From IMG/VR virus record IMGVR_UViG_3300025634_000002, positions 6,973 through 70,972 of that record: 64,000 nt of DNA; one strand, written 5' to 3'. Each line of letters starts with the position of its first letter. Within the stretch, counting starts at the first letter, position 1. The position numbers were made by a program, and so were the translations under genes. Shown here in pieces: positions 1-9,268 of the stretch. The notes below the pieces were generated by a model. That model was not told the DNA's origin and made no database searches. It was given only the letters and a program-made list of their open reading frames with translations. The stretch comes from a virus.

Positions 1-140
1 ACGCCATTGTGCAGCGTGACCGGATCACCGATGGGTTTGGCGACAGGCTCACCGAACGTCGGCGGGTCGATCTTGTAGCGGCGCAGGACGATCCCAGACG
101 GGGCGTCGCAGATCACGCTCACGGTCTTTTTGTCAGCCAT
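1..140 (-). CDS. virion morphogenesis region hypothetical protein (partial, runs off window)
   Basis: ATG at 140 (MADKKTVSVICDAPSGIVLRR...) just after the stop of the upstream head-tail gene. Confidence 0.55.
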   Translation of the reverse strand, partial: MADKKTVSVICDAPSGIVLRRYKIDPPTFGEPVAKPIGDPVTLHNG

Positions 141-147
141 CAGAGCC

Positions 148-573
148 TCACTGGTTTAGCCACGGGTTGAACCAGCGCCGCGGCCCCGGAATGTAGCGCA
201 TTGTGCGCATGGGAGCAGTGGCTACCCAAAACATGCTTCCATAGCGCGTCTGGTTGTACCAAGCGGCCTCTGGTGTAGTCGGGAAGTCGGTCCCTACCGA
301 AACGCTGCCTTCTGTCGCCGAATTAATCCTGCCGACCAGAGGCGAGGTAGGTTGCGTCGTCGACCCGTAGAGCAGTTGGCAGATATGGGCGACCATCAGG
401 TTGAGCAGATTGGTCTGCGTCGCGGCAGTGGTCACCGGACCACCGCCATCGTTGCGGCAATACTGCTCGGCCAAGGGCAGCACGACACCTGTCACCTGTG
501 CCTCAGTGATCGCGCCGAACTCGGGGAAGAGGCGCGACCACGGGGCATACTGGAACGCAATCTGGAACCCCAT
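148..573 (-). CDS. head-tail adaptor, DUF4054-like
   Basis: Start trimmed to MGFQIAF; motifs FPEF, LMVAHI, VGRINSATEGSVSV and WYNQTRYG are typical of DUF4054; lies downstream of the capsid gene. Confidence 0.8.
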   Translation of the reverse strand: MGFQIAFQYAPWSRLFPEFGAITEAQVTGVVLPLAEQYCRNDGGGPVTTAATQTNLLNLMVAHICQLLYGSTTQPTSPLVGRINSATEGSVSVGTDFPTTPEAAWYNQTRYGSMFWVATAPMRTMRYIPGPRRWFNPWLNQ

Positions 574-1016
574 CAGGCAACCGGTGCGATCTTGGGCTGT
601 TCGTCGGCGGTCTTGATGCCCTTCGGGACGCGGCTGGGATCGATCGGCTCGAGGCCATTGCGCACCGCCGCAAATTCCCGAACGAAACCGCGGATCATGT
701 CGGCCTTTTCGGCACCGAAGATCAGCTTGTTGACGACGACCGGATTGTCCGCATTCTGCTTCATCCACAGATCGAAGGCATCTTTGTCGACGTTCTCGGT
801 GTAGGCGTAGCTCGAACCTTCGGCCACAGGCTGGACCGTCACACCCTTGTGCTTGGTGAGATAACCGCGGATCACGATCTGACCCGGGCGAACCTGGGCT
901 CGCTTGACGGTGCGGGTCCCTCCGCCAGGAGTCTGCTCGTCCTGATCGACCTGATCGAACAGGCGCAGAACGAGACCATGTGGAAGCTTACACGCGACCG
1001 TAATCGTGCCAGACAT
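573..1016 (-). CDS. conserved phage protein downstream of capsid
   Basis: VACKLPHGL N-terminus and TENVDKDAFDLW...NGLEPID; stop overlaps the next start. Confidence 0.7.
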   Translation of the reverse strand: MSGTITVACKLPHGLVLRLFDQVDQDEQTPGGGTRTVKRAQVRPGQIVIRGYLTKHKGVTVQPVAEGSSYAYTENVDKDAFDLWMKQNADNPVVVNKLIFGAEKADMIRGFVREFAAVRNGLEPIDPSRVPKGIKTADEQPKIAPVA

Positions 1017-1174
1017 TTAATTCTCCGATGTTGAGGGGTTTTGGAGGCGTCACGAATAGACCAGTCACCGGCCACGGCGACGTGCGCCGAAACACAGAAA
1101 CCACGTTCTATCGTCGAGCCCGAAGGCCGCCTGATCTAGACGGATAGCATGTAAGAAGAATAGCAGAATTCTCC

Positions 1175-2290
1175 TTATATGCCAATCATTTGCGCGATTC
1201 CCATTGGCATCCTGATCACACTTCCCCAAGTACCACTCGTCATCTTCTTCTTCCACGCGGACAACTCGCGGACGATCGGGTGAGCGCGGAGCTTTTCGTT
1301 GAAGGCGCAGTAGCCGACCTTCTGGCCACCGATCGAGTCCATGATCAGCTGCACTTCATTGCCGCCGCCGACGCCGACCGGGTTGGTGCTGGTGATGGCC
1401 CCGTACTGAACTGCGGAGATTATCCGCATGTTGGGGAAGTTCTCCTTGAGCAGGGCCTTGACGTTGACACCGAAGGAGTTGGTCGCGGTCAGGGCGCCGA
1501 GAGACTGGGGCGACAGCGCCAACGTCATCTTGGCATTGGCGTCGATCTGGTCCTGATCCTGGTCGATACCGTTGGTCTGCGAGAGGACCTGAATCCACAA
1601 CGACTGGATGTCGGCGAAAATCTCGTTCGCGGTGGCGACGATTGCACCGTTCAAGACCCACTTCGTGCCGCCATAGGCTTTGATCGCCGGAGTGAGGGCG
1701 GCCGACAGATTGGGATCGTTGAGCAAGCCGTAGTTCTGCAGCCCCACCACACCGCTGAAGTAGGTCTGGTTGAGGAACCGCGCCAGCACGGTCACGGCGG
1801 CACCGTCGACTTCGCTGACCCAGTTGACGCGCCCGAGGCCGGCTCGAGCGATTTCGAGCTCGCCGTATTCCGGGATCGTCTGGAACAGATAGGACTGCCG
1901 CTGCGGCCACGCCACGTTGGAGCCGGCGTGCCCGTTATCGTTGTAGTCGCCATAGGACGACACTTCGCCCACTGCTTCGACCGTCGGGAACATGGCGGTC
2001 TGGTCGACCCATGTGCCCTTGCGCGTCTCGCCGAAAATCTCGGCGGCGCGGGTCGGCGCGAACAGGATGCGATAGACATCCGGGTCGATCAGCGTCGTGA
2101 GGAACGCCGGGATACCGGAGTTTGGTCCAGTCGACAGCGTCGGCTGCGCGTCCATCGCAAGGTAGTTGCGGCGGAACTCATCCGTCACGTAGCCCTTGGC
2201 CTCAGACTGCAGATAGATGCCGGCGGCTTCGAACATCGCACGGTCGGTGGTCCAGGCAGCTGCGGCTTCCTGAAAATTCTGGAATTCCAT
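1175..2290 (-). CDS. major capsid protein (DUF2184 family)
   Basis: 371 aa; AMDAQP, GEVSSYGD, YFSGVVGLQNYGLLNDPNL, KKKMTSGTWG; follows the decoration gene. Confidence 0.9.
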   Translation of the reverse strand: MEFQNFQEAAAAWTTDRAMFEAAGIYLQSEAKGYVTDEFRRNYLAMDAQPTLSTGPNSGIPAFLTTLIDPDVYRILFAPTRAAEIFGETRKGTWVDQTAMFPTVEAVGEVSSYGDYNDNGHAGSNVAWPQRQSYLFQTIPEYGELEIARAGLGRVNWVSEVDGAAVTVLARFLNQTYFSGVVGLQNYGLLNDPNLSAALTPAIKAYGGTKWVLNGAIVATANEIFADIQSLWIQVLSQTNGIDQDQDQIDANAKMTLALSPQSLGALTATNSFGVNVKALLKENFPNMRIISAVQYGAITSTNPVGVGGGNEVQLIMDSIGGQKVGYCAFNEKLRAHPIVRELSAWKKKMTSGTWGSVIRMPMGIAQMIGI

Positions 2291-2352
2291 TTTGGTTTAC
2301 TCCTCAGGTTGCCGGCATACCGCCGGGACCGATTTGGGGTTGAAGGGAGGTA

Positions 2353-3318
2353 TTAGCCCTGCGGCCAGGACGTGATCTTGACGAGTTCGCCAGGCAGCGC
2401 CGTGCTTGCCGCAATCCACTTGGTCTCGACGTTGGTCGCGCCGGTCAGATTGCCGGACGCGCCGCTGTTGCTGCTCTGGGTCAGATTGACCGCAGCCGTC
2501 GACCCGCTCGCACCCGCTCCGGTGATGAACTGGGTGATGACGGTGCCAGCCGTGACGCCAGCCGAGGCACCGGTCAGGCTGTCGCCAACACCGAAGGTAC
2601 CCGAGCTCACAGTGGTGAGGGTCAGCAGACCATAGGTCGCCGTGATCGCCGTCGACGCCACGGTCTGTTCGGGGATCGACACCGAATAGGTGCCGTCACC
2701 GCCAGGGGTGCCGGTGAGCTGCTGGCCGATGGTCGTGCCGGACGCAACACCAGTCCCGGAGATAGCCGAGCCCGGATAGATCGTGCCGGTGACCGCGCCG
2801 GTAACCGTCATCACGTCATTGGCGATCGAGGCCGTGAAAGATGCGGTTTCAGCCGCAATCGACCACGAGGTCGACACAGCACCAGCCGGAGCACCGGTCG
2901 CAGCGAACGTCGCTTTGCCGTCGGCAAAGTTGGCGTAGGCTTTCTGGCCAGGAACCGCAGTCGTCGCCCCGTTGTTCTTCACCCAGAAGTCGCCCTCTTT
3001 GAAGAGCGTGATGGGGAAGCCGCCAGGGACCAGCATACTGGTTTCCTGCAGGTAGACCTCGATGAGGCCCTGCTGCTCGCGATGGACGAAGCCCGCGACC
3101 GGGCCACCACCGAAGTTGTTGACCACGCCTGGGGCGCCGTCGGCATCGACATTCTGATAGCTCGTCCATGCGAAGCGGCCGACAGTGACGCCCGCAAGAC
3201 CGCAGATAAGGGCACCCGGGCCCGCCAGAACCGTCGCACGGGGATTCGTGCTCGCGAAGTCGCCTTCAACCCCCGGAGAGGGCTGATAATAGGCCTGCTG
3301 CTGGAAATTTGCGGACAT
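2353..3318 (-). CDS. capsid decoration/cement protein with inserted beta-rich modules
   Basis: PGVEGDFASTNP, GVTVGRFAW, GFVHREQQG, GDFWVKN, ETKW; lies between protease and MCP. Confidence 0.8.
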   Translation of the reverse strand: MSANFQQQAYYQPSPGVEGDFASTNPRATVLAGPGALICGLAGVTVGRFAWTSYQNVDADGAPGVVNNFGGGPVAGFVHREQQGLIEVYLQETSMLVPGGFPITLFKEGDFWVKNNGATTAVPGQKAYANFADGKATFAATGAPAGAVSTSWSIAAETASFTASIANDVMTVTGAVTGTIYPGSAISGTGVASGTTIGQQLTGTPGGDGTYSVSIPEQTVASTAITATYGLLTLTTVSSGTFGVGDSLTGASAGVTAGTVITQFITGAGASGSTAAVNLTQSSNSGASGNLTGATNVETKWIAASTALPGELVKITSWPQG

Positions 3319-3337
3319 TTTGTCAGCGCTCCAATTG

Positions 3338-3364
3338 AAAAAAGGGAGCCATCGCGGCTCCCTT
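3338..3364 (-). terminator. intrinsic terminator
   Basis: AAGGGAGCC-N5-GGCTCCCTT hairpin followed by a T-run on the minus strand. Confidence 0.65.
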
Positions 3365-3386
3365 GGGTTGAGGGAAGGTTAGGCGC

Positions 3387-5426
3387 TTAGAGCGTCTTGA
3401 CCTGGTGATCCTTGGCTTCGGGGAAGCGGCTGAAGAAGCCGCTGGCCGCCGCAGCGTCAGTGGCGATCGTCACCTGCCGAGCGCCAGAGCCGGGGAGCGG
3501 CTGCGCCTTGAGGATGGCGCGGTAGGTGCCAGCCTCGTGCGGAACGTCGACGAGGTCGACATGCATGGCCACCAGAGCGGTCTTATAGACCTCGGCGGCA
3601 CTATCCATCGCGACGGCGATCTTGCCGATGTAGGGGCGAACCTCTTCCTCGGCCTTGCGGATATCGCGCTCGACCTGACGGGCTTCGGCGACGGCCTTGG
3701 TGACGGCGGCGTCCATGGCCTTGCGGTCCTTGGCGGACTTGTCCTTCGCCTCGTCCTTGTCGGCCTCTTCTTTGGCCTTCTTCTTTTTCTTTTCTTCCTC
3801 GTCGTCGTCTTCGTCCATGGCTTCCTGGTCGTCCTTGTCCCAAAGGGCGTCGCAGGCCTTCATGTCGTCGGCGCTGAGTTTGTCCTTGAGGAATTCGTTG
3901 ACGCGCTTGCGCGGGTCCATCTCCTCGTCTTTGGCCCTCTTGCCCATCGGCACGCCGGCATTCGGATCGAGGTCTTCGCCGAGCTCGGTCGATTCGAGCG
4001 CGTCGAGCAGTTCGATCATGTCCTCGAGGTCGGCATCCTTGGCCAGCTTGCCCTTGGTGAGCTTGGTCACGCCATCGGCGATGCCGGCACGGCTATCGGC
4101 GTAGTTCTTGCCGGTCACCTTGGCCAACAGCGGCGTGAGGTCGATCTTGGTGTCCGCGGCCAACTTGGGCTTGAGGAACACAGTGAGCGCACCCTGCACG
4201 AGGGCCGCTTTGCGGGTCAGAAGAGGCTTTGCGGCCATCTCAGGGTTCTCCTTGATTGCTGAATCGCCGACAACGACATCGGGCCCGGCGCGGCCTTGAG
4301 TTACGAGGGCGACGTGATTGCCGACAATGTCGCGCATCACGCCGTCATAGGGTTCGCCCTCATAGCTGCCGGGCGTCATATCGGCCCGGTAGCGATAGGC
4401 GGACGAAAGTTCTTTCTGCTTACCGGACTCGATAAGCTCGATCGCCTCGCCGTCCCAGATGGAAAGCGGGGCCATCAGGTAAGGTGCTTCGAAAACCACG
4501 TCGTCGCCGATGGCGCCGATCGTGATCTCCCGATGCGAGTCCTCGGCGCTGACCGGAATGTGCTCCATCAGCAATTGCTTGCCGGCGAAGGTCGGCGCGG
4601 CCTTGGCGAGCTCCACCGGGTCGCGGAGGAGCATGTAAACCTTTTGCGGATCGAGCCCCATGGACTCGGCGTCCGCGATCTCGTGGCCCCAGTAGGGGCA
4701 AATGTTCGCCTTGCTGATCGGGGTCATCTCGACGAAGAGGTGGCCATCCTGATCGATGCGGCGAACGCTGTCCCGATCGAAGGCAATCGCCCGCGGCCGA
4801 TCGGCCGAGGCGCGATCGAACGCCATGGCAGCGTCCTGTGCCGGCATGGCTTCGACTTTGGCTCGCACCCAGCCGGCGAAGTTCTGCTTGAGCTCGTCCC
4901 AATCCGCCGGGAACATCGCGCCCGCCAGATCGAGACTGAGACGGCGCTCGAGCGTCTGCTTCACTCCGGGATGGAGCGGTGCCGGCAACTGATCGAGCGG
5001 CACCCAGGCAAATCCCGAATGCTCGTCGCTCAGCGTCGGCGCGAATTTAGTGTCACTGGGCTGCGCGAAGGTATGGAACGCCATGCCCTTAGGTGTCACG
5101 GCGCTATCGAGCAGCTTACGCGGCGTCAGCGGGATCGAACCCACCTCCTCGCCAGCTTCGCGGGCCGCAATAGCCTCAGGGGCTTCCCCGGGCTCGCCCT
5201 TGCCACCCGGCAGATCCCAATGGCCTGCCCAGTTCTCATCGCCTGAGCGGCGACGGAGAAGCAGGATGTCACCGTCGGGCGCCACGAACATGATGCCGGA
5301 CGCGAGACCGTTCACGGCATCCTTCGCGACGAATTCTTCCCCGACGGCTTTGGGGATTCCGAGCGTCGAGTGACCACTGGCCGCTGCGAACATCGCTTTG
5401 CGTTGAGCTTCCGAGACGGCTGGCAT
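3387..5426 (-). CDS. NUDIX hydrolase fused to DUF2213 prohead protease/scaffold
   Basis: Nudix box GKGEPGE-APEAIAA-REAGEEVG; DUF2213 motifs SKANICPYWGHEI, KELSSAYRY, GNHVALVTQGRAG; acidic/coiled scaffold-like C-terminus. Confidence 0.85.
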   Translation of the reverse strand: MPAVSEAQRKAMFAAASGHSTLGIPKAVGEEFVAKDAVNGLASGIMFVAPDGDILLLRRRSGDENWAGHWDLPGGKGEPGEAPEAIAAREAGEEVGSIPLTPRKLLDSAVTPKGMAFHTFAQPSDTKFAPTLSDEHSGFAWVPLDQLPAPLHPGVKQTLERRLSLDLAGAMFPADWDELKQNFAGWVRAKVEAMPAQDAAMAFDRASADRPRAIAFDRDSVRRIDQDGHLFVEMTPISKANICPYWGHEIADAESMGLDPQKVYMLLRDPVELAKAAPTFAGKQLLMEHIPVSAEDSHREITIGAIGDDVVFEAPYLMAPLSIWDGEAIELIESGKQKELSSAYRYRADMTPGSYEGEPYDGVMRDIVGNHVALVTQGRAGPDVVVGDSAIKENPEMAAKPLLTRKAALVQGALTVFLKPKLAADTKIDLTPLLAKVTGKNYADSRAGIADGVTKLTKGKLAKDADLEDMIELLDALESTELGEDLDPNAGVPMGKRAKDEEMDPRKRVNEFLKDKLSADDMKACDALWDKDDQEAMDEDDDEEEKKKKKAKEEADKDEAKDKSAKDRKAMDAAVTKAVAEARQVERDIRKAEEEVRPYIGKIAVAMDSAAEVYKTALVAMHVDLVDVPHEAGTYRAILKAQPLPGSGARQVTIATDAAAASGFFSRFPEAKDHQVKTL

Positions 5427-5626
5427 CAGGCGATCGGCTTCACAATGCTGGTCTGGGGAAAGTAGCGGCCGAACTGGTCAACGGGCATGCCGACATTGAT
5501 GATCAGGCCATCGGACTTGGCGCGGTTCAGGACTTCGCACACTTGATCCAAGAGGGGGAGGATTTCGGCGCGATAGGCTAGGCCCCGATCGTAATCCGTC
5601 TTGCCGTTCAACTGGACAGCTTCCAT
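5426..5626 (-). CDS. hypothetical protein
   Basis: 66 aa, translationally coupled to neighbours. Confidence 0.6.
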   Translation of the reverse strand: MEAVQLNGKTDYDRGLAYRAEILPLLDQVCEVLNRAKSDGLIINVGMPVDQFGRYFPQTSIVKPIA

Positions 5627-5847
5627 CAGATTGCCCTATCCGTCATGACGCCTTGCGGATTTGCCGGAGTGGTCACCAGAAACCTCGTTTTATCCGAGTA
5701 ATCCTTGTCTACTTCCATCGGAACGGCTGCCGTTTGCATGACCCCTAGTTTAGGAGTGCATGCCGCCAGCGCCTTGTCCTGAGACGAGTAGATGCCGTCG
5801 ATCTCTAAGCCATCCGAACCGATCCGCACGACGACCCAGACCTGCAT
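5626..5847 (-). CDS. hypothetical protein
   Basis: 73 aa, translationally coupled to neighbours. Confidence 0.6.
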   Translation of the reverse strand: MQVWVVVRIGSDGLEIDGIYSSQDKALAACTPKLGVMQTAAVPMEVDKDYSDKTRFLVTTPANPQGVMTDRAI

Positions 5848-6662
5848 CAGCTAAACCCTTTGATCACCGGCCGTCCCACGCACCGGCAGTTGATCAGCTG
5901 CCCGGGGAGTATGTGCTCGCCAACATCTGGATCGAACCAGCCCTCGGCGATCTTGTAGCGCGTCTTTTCGCGGCCTGCCTTCAAGTGCGTCGGCCGCGGC
6001 TCATGGCCACCGCCAGAATGCGTCCAGATGGCTTCCTCGAACCCGACTTCAATCTGCCGAGCCCGGACCATGCTCGAGGTCGCGAGGTTGTTCTGTGTGC
6101 GCGCGATCAGCGCCGCGCGCCGGTAGGTGACGCCGTAGCGATCCTGCAGTTCTTTGGTCAGCATGCCGAGGTCGCGCCCGGTCTGCACGGACCGCATGAC
6201 CATCCCCTCGATCTCTACGAAATACTGAGCGGGGATCGACTTTATTAGAGCGACATTCTGATTGAGCGTCGCATTGAACACGTCACGCATTGCCGGCGTC
6301 ATCTTGAAGGCGACCGTGAGGCCGGCATCCTTCAGGATTTTGCGCAGCGCGTCGGCGGACCGTTTGTCGCTGGCCTTGGCGAACCAGGCGGCGAGCTTCG
6401 GACCCGCCTCGTCGAACTTCTTCTGCCAGCGCTTGGAGAGTTGCCGGATCGAGCGCTTCAGCGCGTCGGCCGGGGTTTCGTCAAGCGCGATCGGCTGGTT
6501 TGCCCGGTAGGACGCCCGTAGCCAATAGACCGTGCTTTCGGACATCTCCTTGATCAGGCTCGAGAGCCTGCGCTGGTACTCAATCTGAATCCCAAGATTC
6601 GGGTGAATAGGACGAAGCAGTCGCTCTTTCTTCAAACGAGCAACCCTTGGCGCCGCGCCCAT
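5847..6662 (-). CDS. minor head protein, MuF/SPP1 gp7-like (start may be TTG at 6635)
   Basis: NVALIKSI, RAALIARTQ, W.HS..GHEPRPTH, PGQLINCRC. Confidence 0.85.
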   Translation of the reverse strand: MGAAPRVARLKKERLLRPIHPNLGIQIEYQRRLSSLIKEMSESTVYWLRASYRANQPIALDETPADALKRSIRQLSKRWQKKFDEAGPKLAAWFAKASDKRSADALRKILKDAGLTVAFKMTPAMRDVFNATLNQNVALIKSIPAQYFVEIEGMVMRSVQTGRDLGMLTKELQDRYGVTYRRAALIARTQNNLATSSMVRARQIEVGFEEAIWTHSGGGHEPRPTHLKAGREKTRYKIAEGWFDPDVGEHILPGQLINCRCVGRPVIKGFS

Positions 6663-7318
6663 TCAATCGGGTCCTTCCTGCCCTTAGACAAATTGCAGGC
6701 CGGGCATAAAAGCTGAATATTCGAGATGAAGTTCGTTCCCCCAAGCACCAGCGGAACGATGTGATCTTCGTGGTAACTGTCTAGAATATTCTTTCGACAC
6801 ACCGCATTCGCGCATCGGTAGCGCTGCTTTTTGATCAACTCTCGGATCTGCTCCTGAGAGTGATAGCCTGCCGCTCCCTTGCGTCGAGCGTAGTTATTGC
6901 GGCTATTTTCTTTGAACCGCTCTGGATGGGCCAGATAATACCGTTGCCTTTGGGCGCGCTTGAGTTCCGGGTTCGCTGCGACGCGCGCTGAGGTCTGTTC
7001 TAGAACCCGATCACGGTGTTCGCGATACCACCTCGCGCCGTAGGCTTTCGCTCGCGGAGTCTTGCTCTTCGCTCTGTATTTTTCCGGATTAGATGCATAC
7101 CGCTTACGGTCATCCGCTCGGCGCACCTCGCGATGGGACGATACCCACGCAGAATTATTCACGGCGTGACAGGCACGACATTCACAACTGCTTGCGTATC
7201 TAAGCGCCAGATGACCTCGACTACATGGGCGGCCAGTGAAGTAAAATACGTCATCAGCGGCTTTTGCTGCGCTGCGAGTGACAATCGGTCCATCATATGG
7301 GACATAAGGGGCAGCCAT
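6632..7318 (-). CDS. HNH homing endonuclease
   Basis: YFTGRPCSRGH N-terminus; C..C...HEDHIVPLVLGGTN..SNIQLLCPACNLSK. Confidence 0.9.
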   Translation of the reverse strand: MAAPYVPYDGPIVTRSAAKAADDVFYFTGRPCSRGHLALRYASSCECRACHAVNNSAWVSSHREVRRADDRKRYASNPEKYRAKSKTPRAKAYGARWYREHRDRVLEQTSARVAANPELKRAQRQRYYLAHPERFKENSRNNYARRKGAAGYHSQEQIRELIKKQRYRCANAVCRKNILDSYHEDHIVPLVLGGTNFISNIQLLCPACNLSKGRKDPIEWARRQGLLV

Positions 7319-7517
7319 TCGGGCGCTTCCTACGCTCGTTTCGGTCAGAGGTCGCTAGCGCTTCAACGCTCGGCGGCCTCGTCATTTTTATAGCATCCAT
7401 AAGCTCTGGATGGCTACAGATTCCTTGGGCATTGAACTCCATCGTCACCGGTTCAGCAGCTGCAGCGATCATCTCGAGCAGGTTGATGACCAAAGAAAAT
7501 CGCAACTTTCTGCATCA

Positions 7518-7553
7518 GACATATTGACAGGCCCGGACAAAACGTCCTATATA
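7518..7553 (+). promoter_or_regulatory. sigma70-type early promoter P1 with two GACA-N3-TGTC-like operators
   Basis: TTGACA 7524-7529, CTATAT 7547-7552; GACATATTGAC and GACAAAACGTC. Confidence 0.7.
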
Positions 7554-7578
7554 GGGTCATAGAGCGAAAGGGGACGAA

Positions 7579-7803
7579 ATGTTCACAATTGGCAGTGGCG
7601 CGACTTGGAAGGGCGGCAGTTTCTACAAGCCAGTCGAGGAGATCAGGGACGACGGTAAGGCATACGCGACCAAGTTTGACGTGTGCTTCGGCGGCGGTTT
7701 CAGCGGTCTCGATTTGAAGGCGGCGGCCGACGAGGTTGCGGCTTGGGATGGAGCGACGGCCGGCAAGTATATCCAGATGGCAGATTGGGCGAAGACAGCC
7801 TGA
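7579..7803 (+). CDS. early hypothetical protein
   Basis: RBS AAGGGGA; directly after P1. Confidence 0.65.
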   Translation: MFTIGSGATWKGGSFYKPVEEIRDDGKAYATKFDVCFGGGFSGLDLKAAADEVAAWDGATAGKYIQMADWAKTA

Positions 7804-7823
7804 TCACACAGGAGAAACAGAAA

Positions 7824-8063
7824 ATGAAAGGCTACTACGTCACGATGCAGCGTCAGGTCCTCGGCGGTGTCAAGACCGCCTGGCTACTCGGACCGTTCCC
7901 GACCCACGAGCTGGCCCTCGCGCAAGTCGACGTTGCTGCAACCAAGGCCGAGCAGATCGACCCATGGATGGCATTCGACGCCCGCGGCACGACGGCACTC
8001 ACCACCGACAAGCTGCCGCCCGGCAAGCTGAACCAGTTCTTTCCACAGATGATGGCGGCGTAA
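7824..8063 (+). CDS. early hypothetical protein
   Basis: RBS AGGAG; MKGYYVTMQR...LLGPFPTHELA. Confidence 0.7.
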   Translation: MKGYYVTMQRQVLGGVKTAWLLGPFPTHELALAQVDVAATKAEQIDPWMAFDARGTTALTTDKLPPGKLNQFFPQMMAA

Positions 8064-8080
8064 GTCGATTTATTTCACAA

Positions 8081-8114
8081 GACATCTTGTCAGGCATAGA
8101 CATTATGTCTATAT
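8081..8114 (+). promoter_or_regulatory. early promoter P2 with two operators
   Basis: TTGTCA 8087-8092, CTATAT 8109-8114; GACATCTTGTC and GACATTATGTC. Confidence 0.7.
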
Positions 8115-8141
8115 CAGAAGGGTAGGAGAAAGGAGCACGAA

Positions 8142-8312
8142 GTGAGCAAGATACCGGCGGTCACGATCAAGAAGCTGGCAGCCGCCCTAGCGACCATCGT
8201 CAACTACACCGCGAGCATTAAGCCCGCGAACCTGAAGAAGGCCCAGGCCATGCTGGACGTGATCAACATGACAGCAGCGAGCGCTTTGGATGCGGAGAAG
8301 GAGGCACAGTGA
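8142..8312 (+). CDS. small early protein (56 aa, not in ORF track)
   Basis: RBS AAGGAG, GTG start, MSKIPAVTIKKLAAALAT..., stop overlaps the next start. Confidence 0.6.
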   Translation: MSKIPAVTIKKLAAALATIVNYTASIKPANLKKAQAMLDVINMTAASALDAEKEAQ

Positions 8313-8602
8313 TGCGGACGCTTACGACTAGCCCGTGGGGCGCAGTTCAGGACCAGAAGGAGCTCGCTCCCGGGATCATTCAGGTCTGGACCGCGAGTCA
8401 CGGCGGAATTTGGGTCGAGCCCGCCAAGTGGGCGACGATGCCGATCAAGACGACCGGCTACAGCGAAGACGGGTGGTTCGAGGAAGACTGCGATTGGGCG
8501 CTGGTGGCGCTCGCCTTCCCCGAGGCATTCGATGCCAAGAGCCTCGCCTACGCCGAGAAGATGAAGGCAGGCGATTACTTCAAGCAGATGGGAGTCCAGT
8601 GA
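8309..8602 (+). CDS. DUF7007-like early protein
   Basis: SPWG...LAPGI..V.TASHGG...WFEEDCDWA. Confidence 0.65.
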   Translation: MMRTLTTSPWGAVQDQKELAPGIIQVWTASHGGIWVEPAKWATMPIKTTGYSEDGWFEEDCDWALVALAFPEAFDAKSLAYAEKMKAGDYFKQMGVQ

Positions 8603-9210
8603 TGGCTTACACAGTTCCGGCGAAGGTCGTCGACTTCGGACGTTGGGTCCCGAAGGGGTCGATCAAGATCGCCGACAAGAAGAGCGATGCAGTCGCCTAT
8701 CTCTACGATGGCGGCTCACAGGCAGCGGTCGGGGGCAAGCCCGTTCCGTGTGCCCGGGTATTCTACGGCAAGCAGCGGAAGCCCGTTGCAGCCTATCAGT
8801 TCCCCACTGAGGCAGCCCGTGCCACGAAGGTCGGCGAGCTCTTCGCCGGCCGGCAGGCGTGGGGCGTGCGGAAGGCCGATCGGAAGACCGCCCAGATCGC
8901 CGCAGCCAAGGCCGGCAACGTCGAGGTTGGCACCTATTTCTACACCAGCTGGGGCTACGATCAGACCAACATCGATTGGTATCGGGTCGAGCAGCTGATC
9001 GGCCAGACCATGGCGCTGGTCGTGAAGGTCGCCGCGATGGACGCAAGCAATGGCAACGAGGTGTCGATGACTGGCAAGAGCGTGCCGAGCGACCAGCCGT
9101 GCGGCCAGCCCTTCAAGGTCCGGCTGAACGGCGACGGCTTCAAGGTCAACGGCCGGTATTACGCGAATCTGTGGGACGGCAAGCCGAAGAATTGGACCGC
9201 ATACGCTTGA
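8602..9210 (+). CDS. early protein with SWGYDQTNID motif
   Basis: Start trimmed to MAYTVPAK; G.YFYTSWGYDQTNIDWY and W.GKP motifs recalled from phage/plasmid early proteins. Confidence 0.7.
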   Translation: MAYTVPAKVVDFGRWVPKGSIKIADKKSDAVAYLYDGGSQAAVGGKPVPCARVFYGKQRKPVAAYQFPTEAARATKVGELFAGRQAWGVRKADRKTAQIAAAKAGNVEVGTYFYTSWGYDQTNIDWYRVEQLIGQTMALVVKVAAMDASNGNEVSMTGKSVPSDQPCGQPFKVRLNGDGFKVNGRYYANLWDGKPKNWTAYA

Positions 9211-9268
9211 CCCCGCCAGCGGCGCCCGATGCGGTGCCGCTCACAGGATCAACCGGAAGGAGAACACA

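Noticed and set aside
3338-3364. Terminator inside the head operon as a novel regulatory feature
   Set aside because: Internal terminators and stabilising hairpins are common in late operons; kept as a feature only
1190-5246. Long plus-strand ORFs opposite the capsid and protease genes (and similarly 60934-62082 opposite the sheath)
   Set aside because: Antisense shadows of well-supported minus-strand structural genes
7293-7505. 70-aa minus-strand ORF upstream of the HNH gene
   Set aside because: Weak TTG start, overlaps promoter and leader elements, no motif
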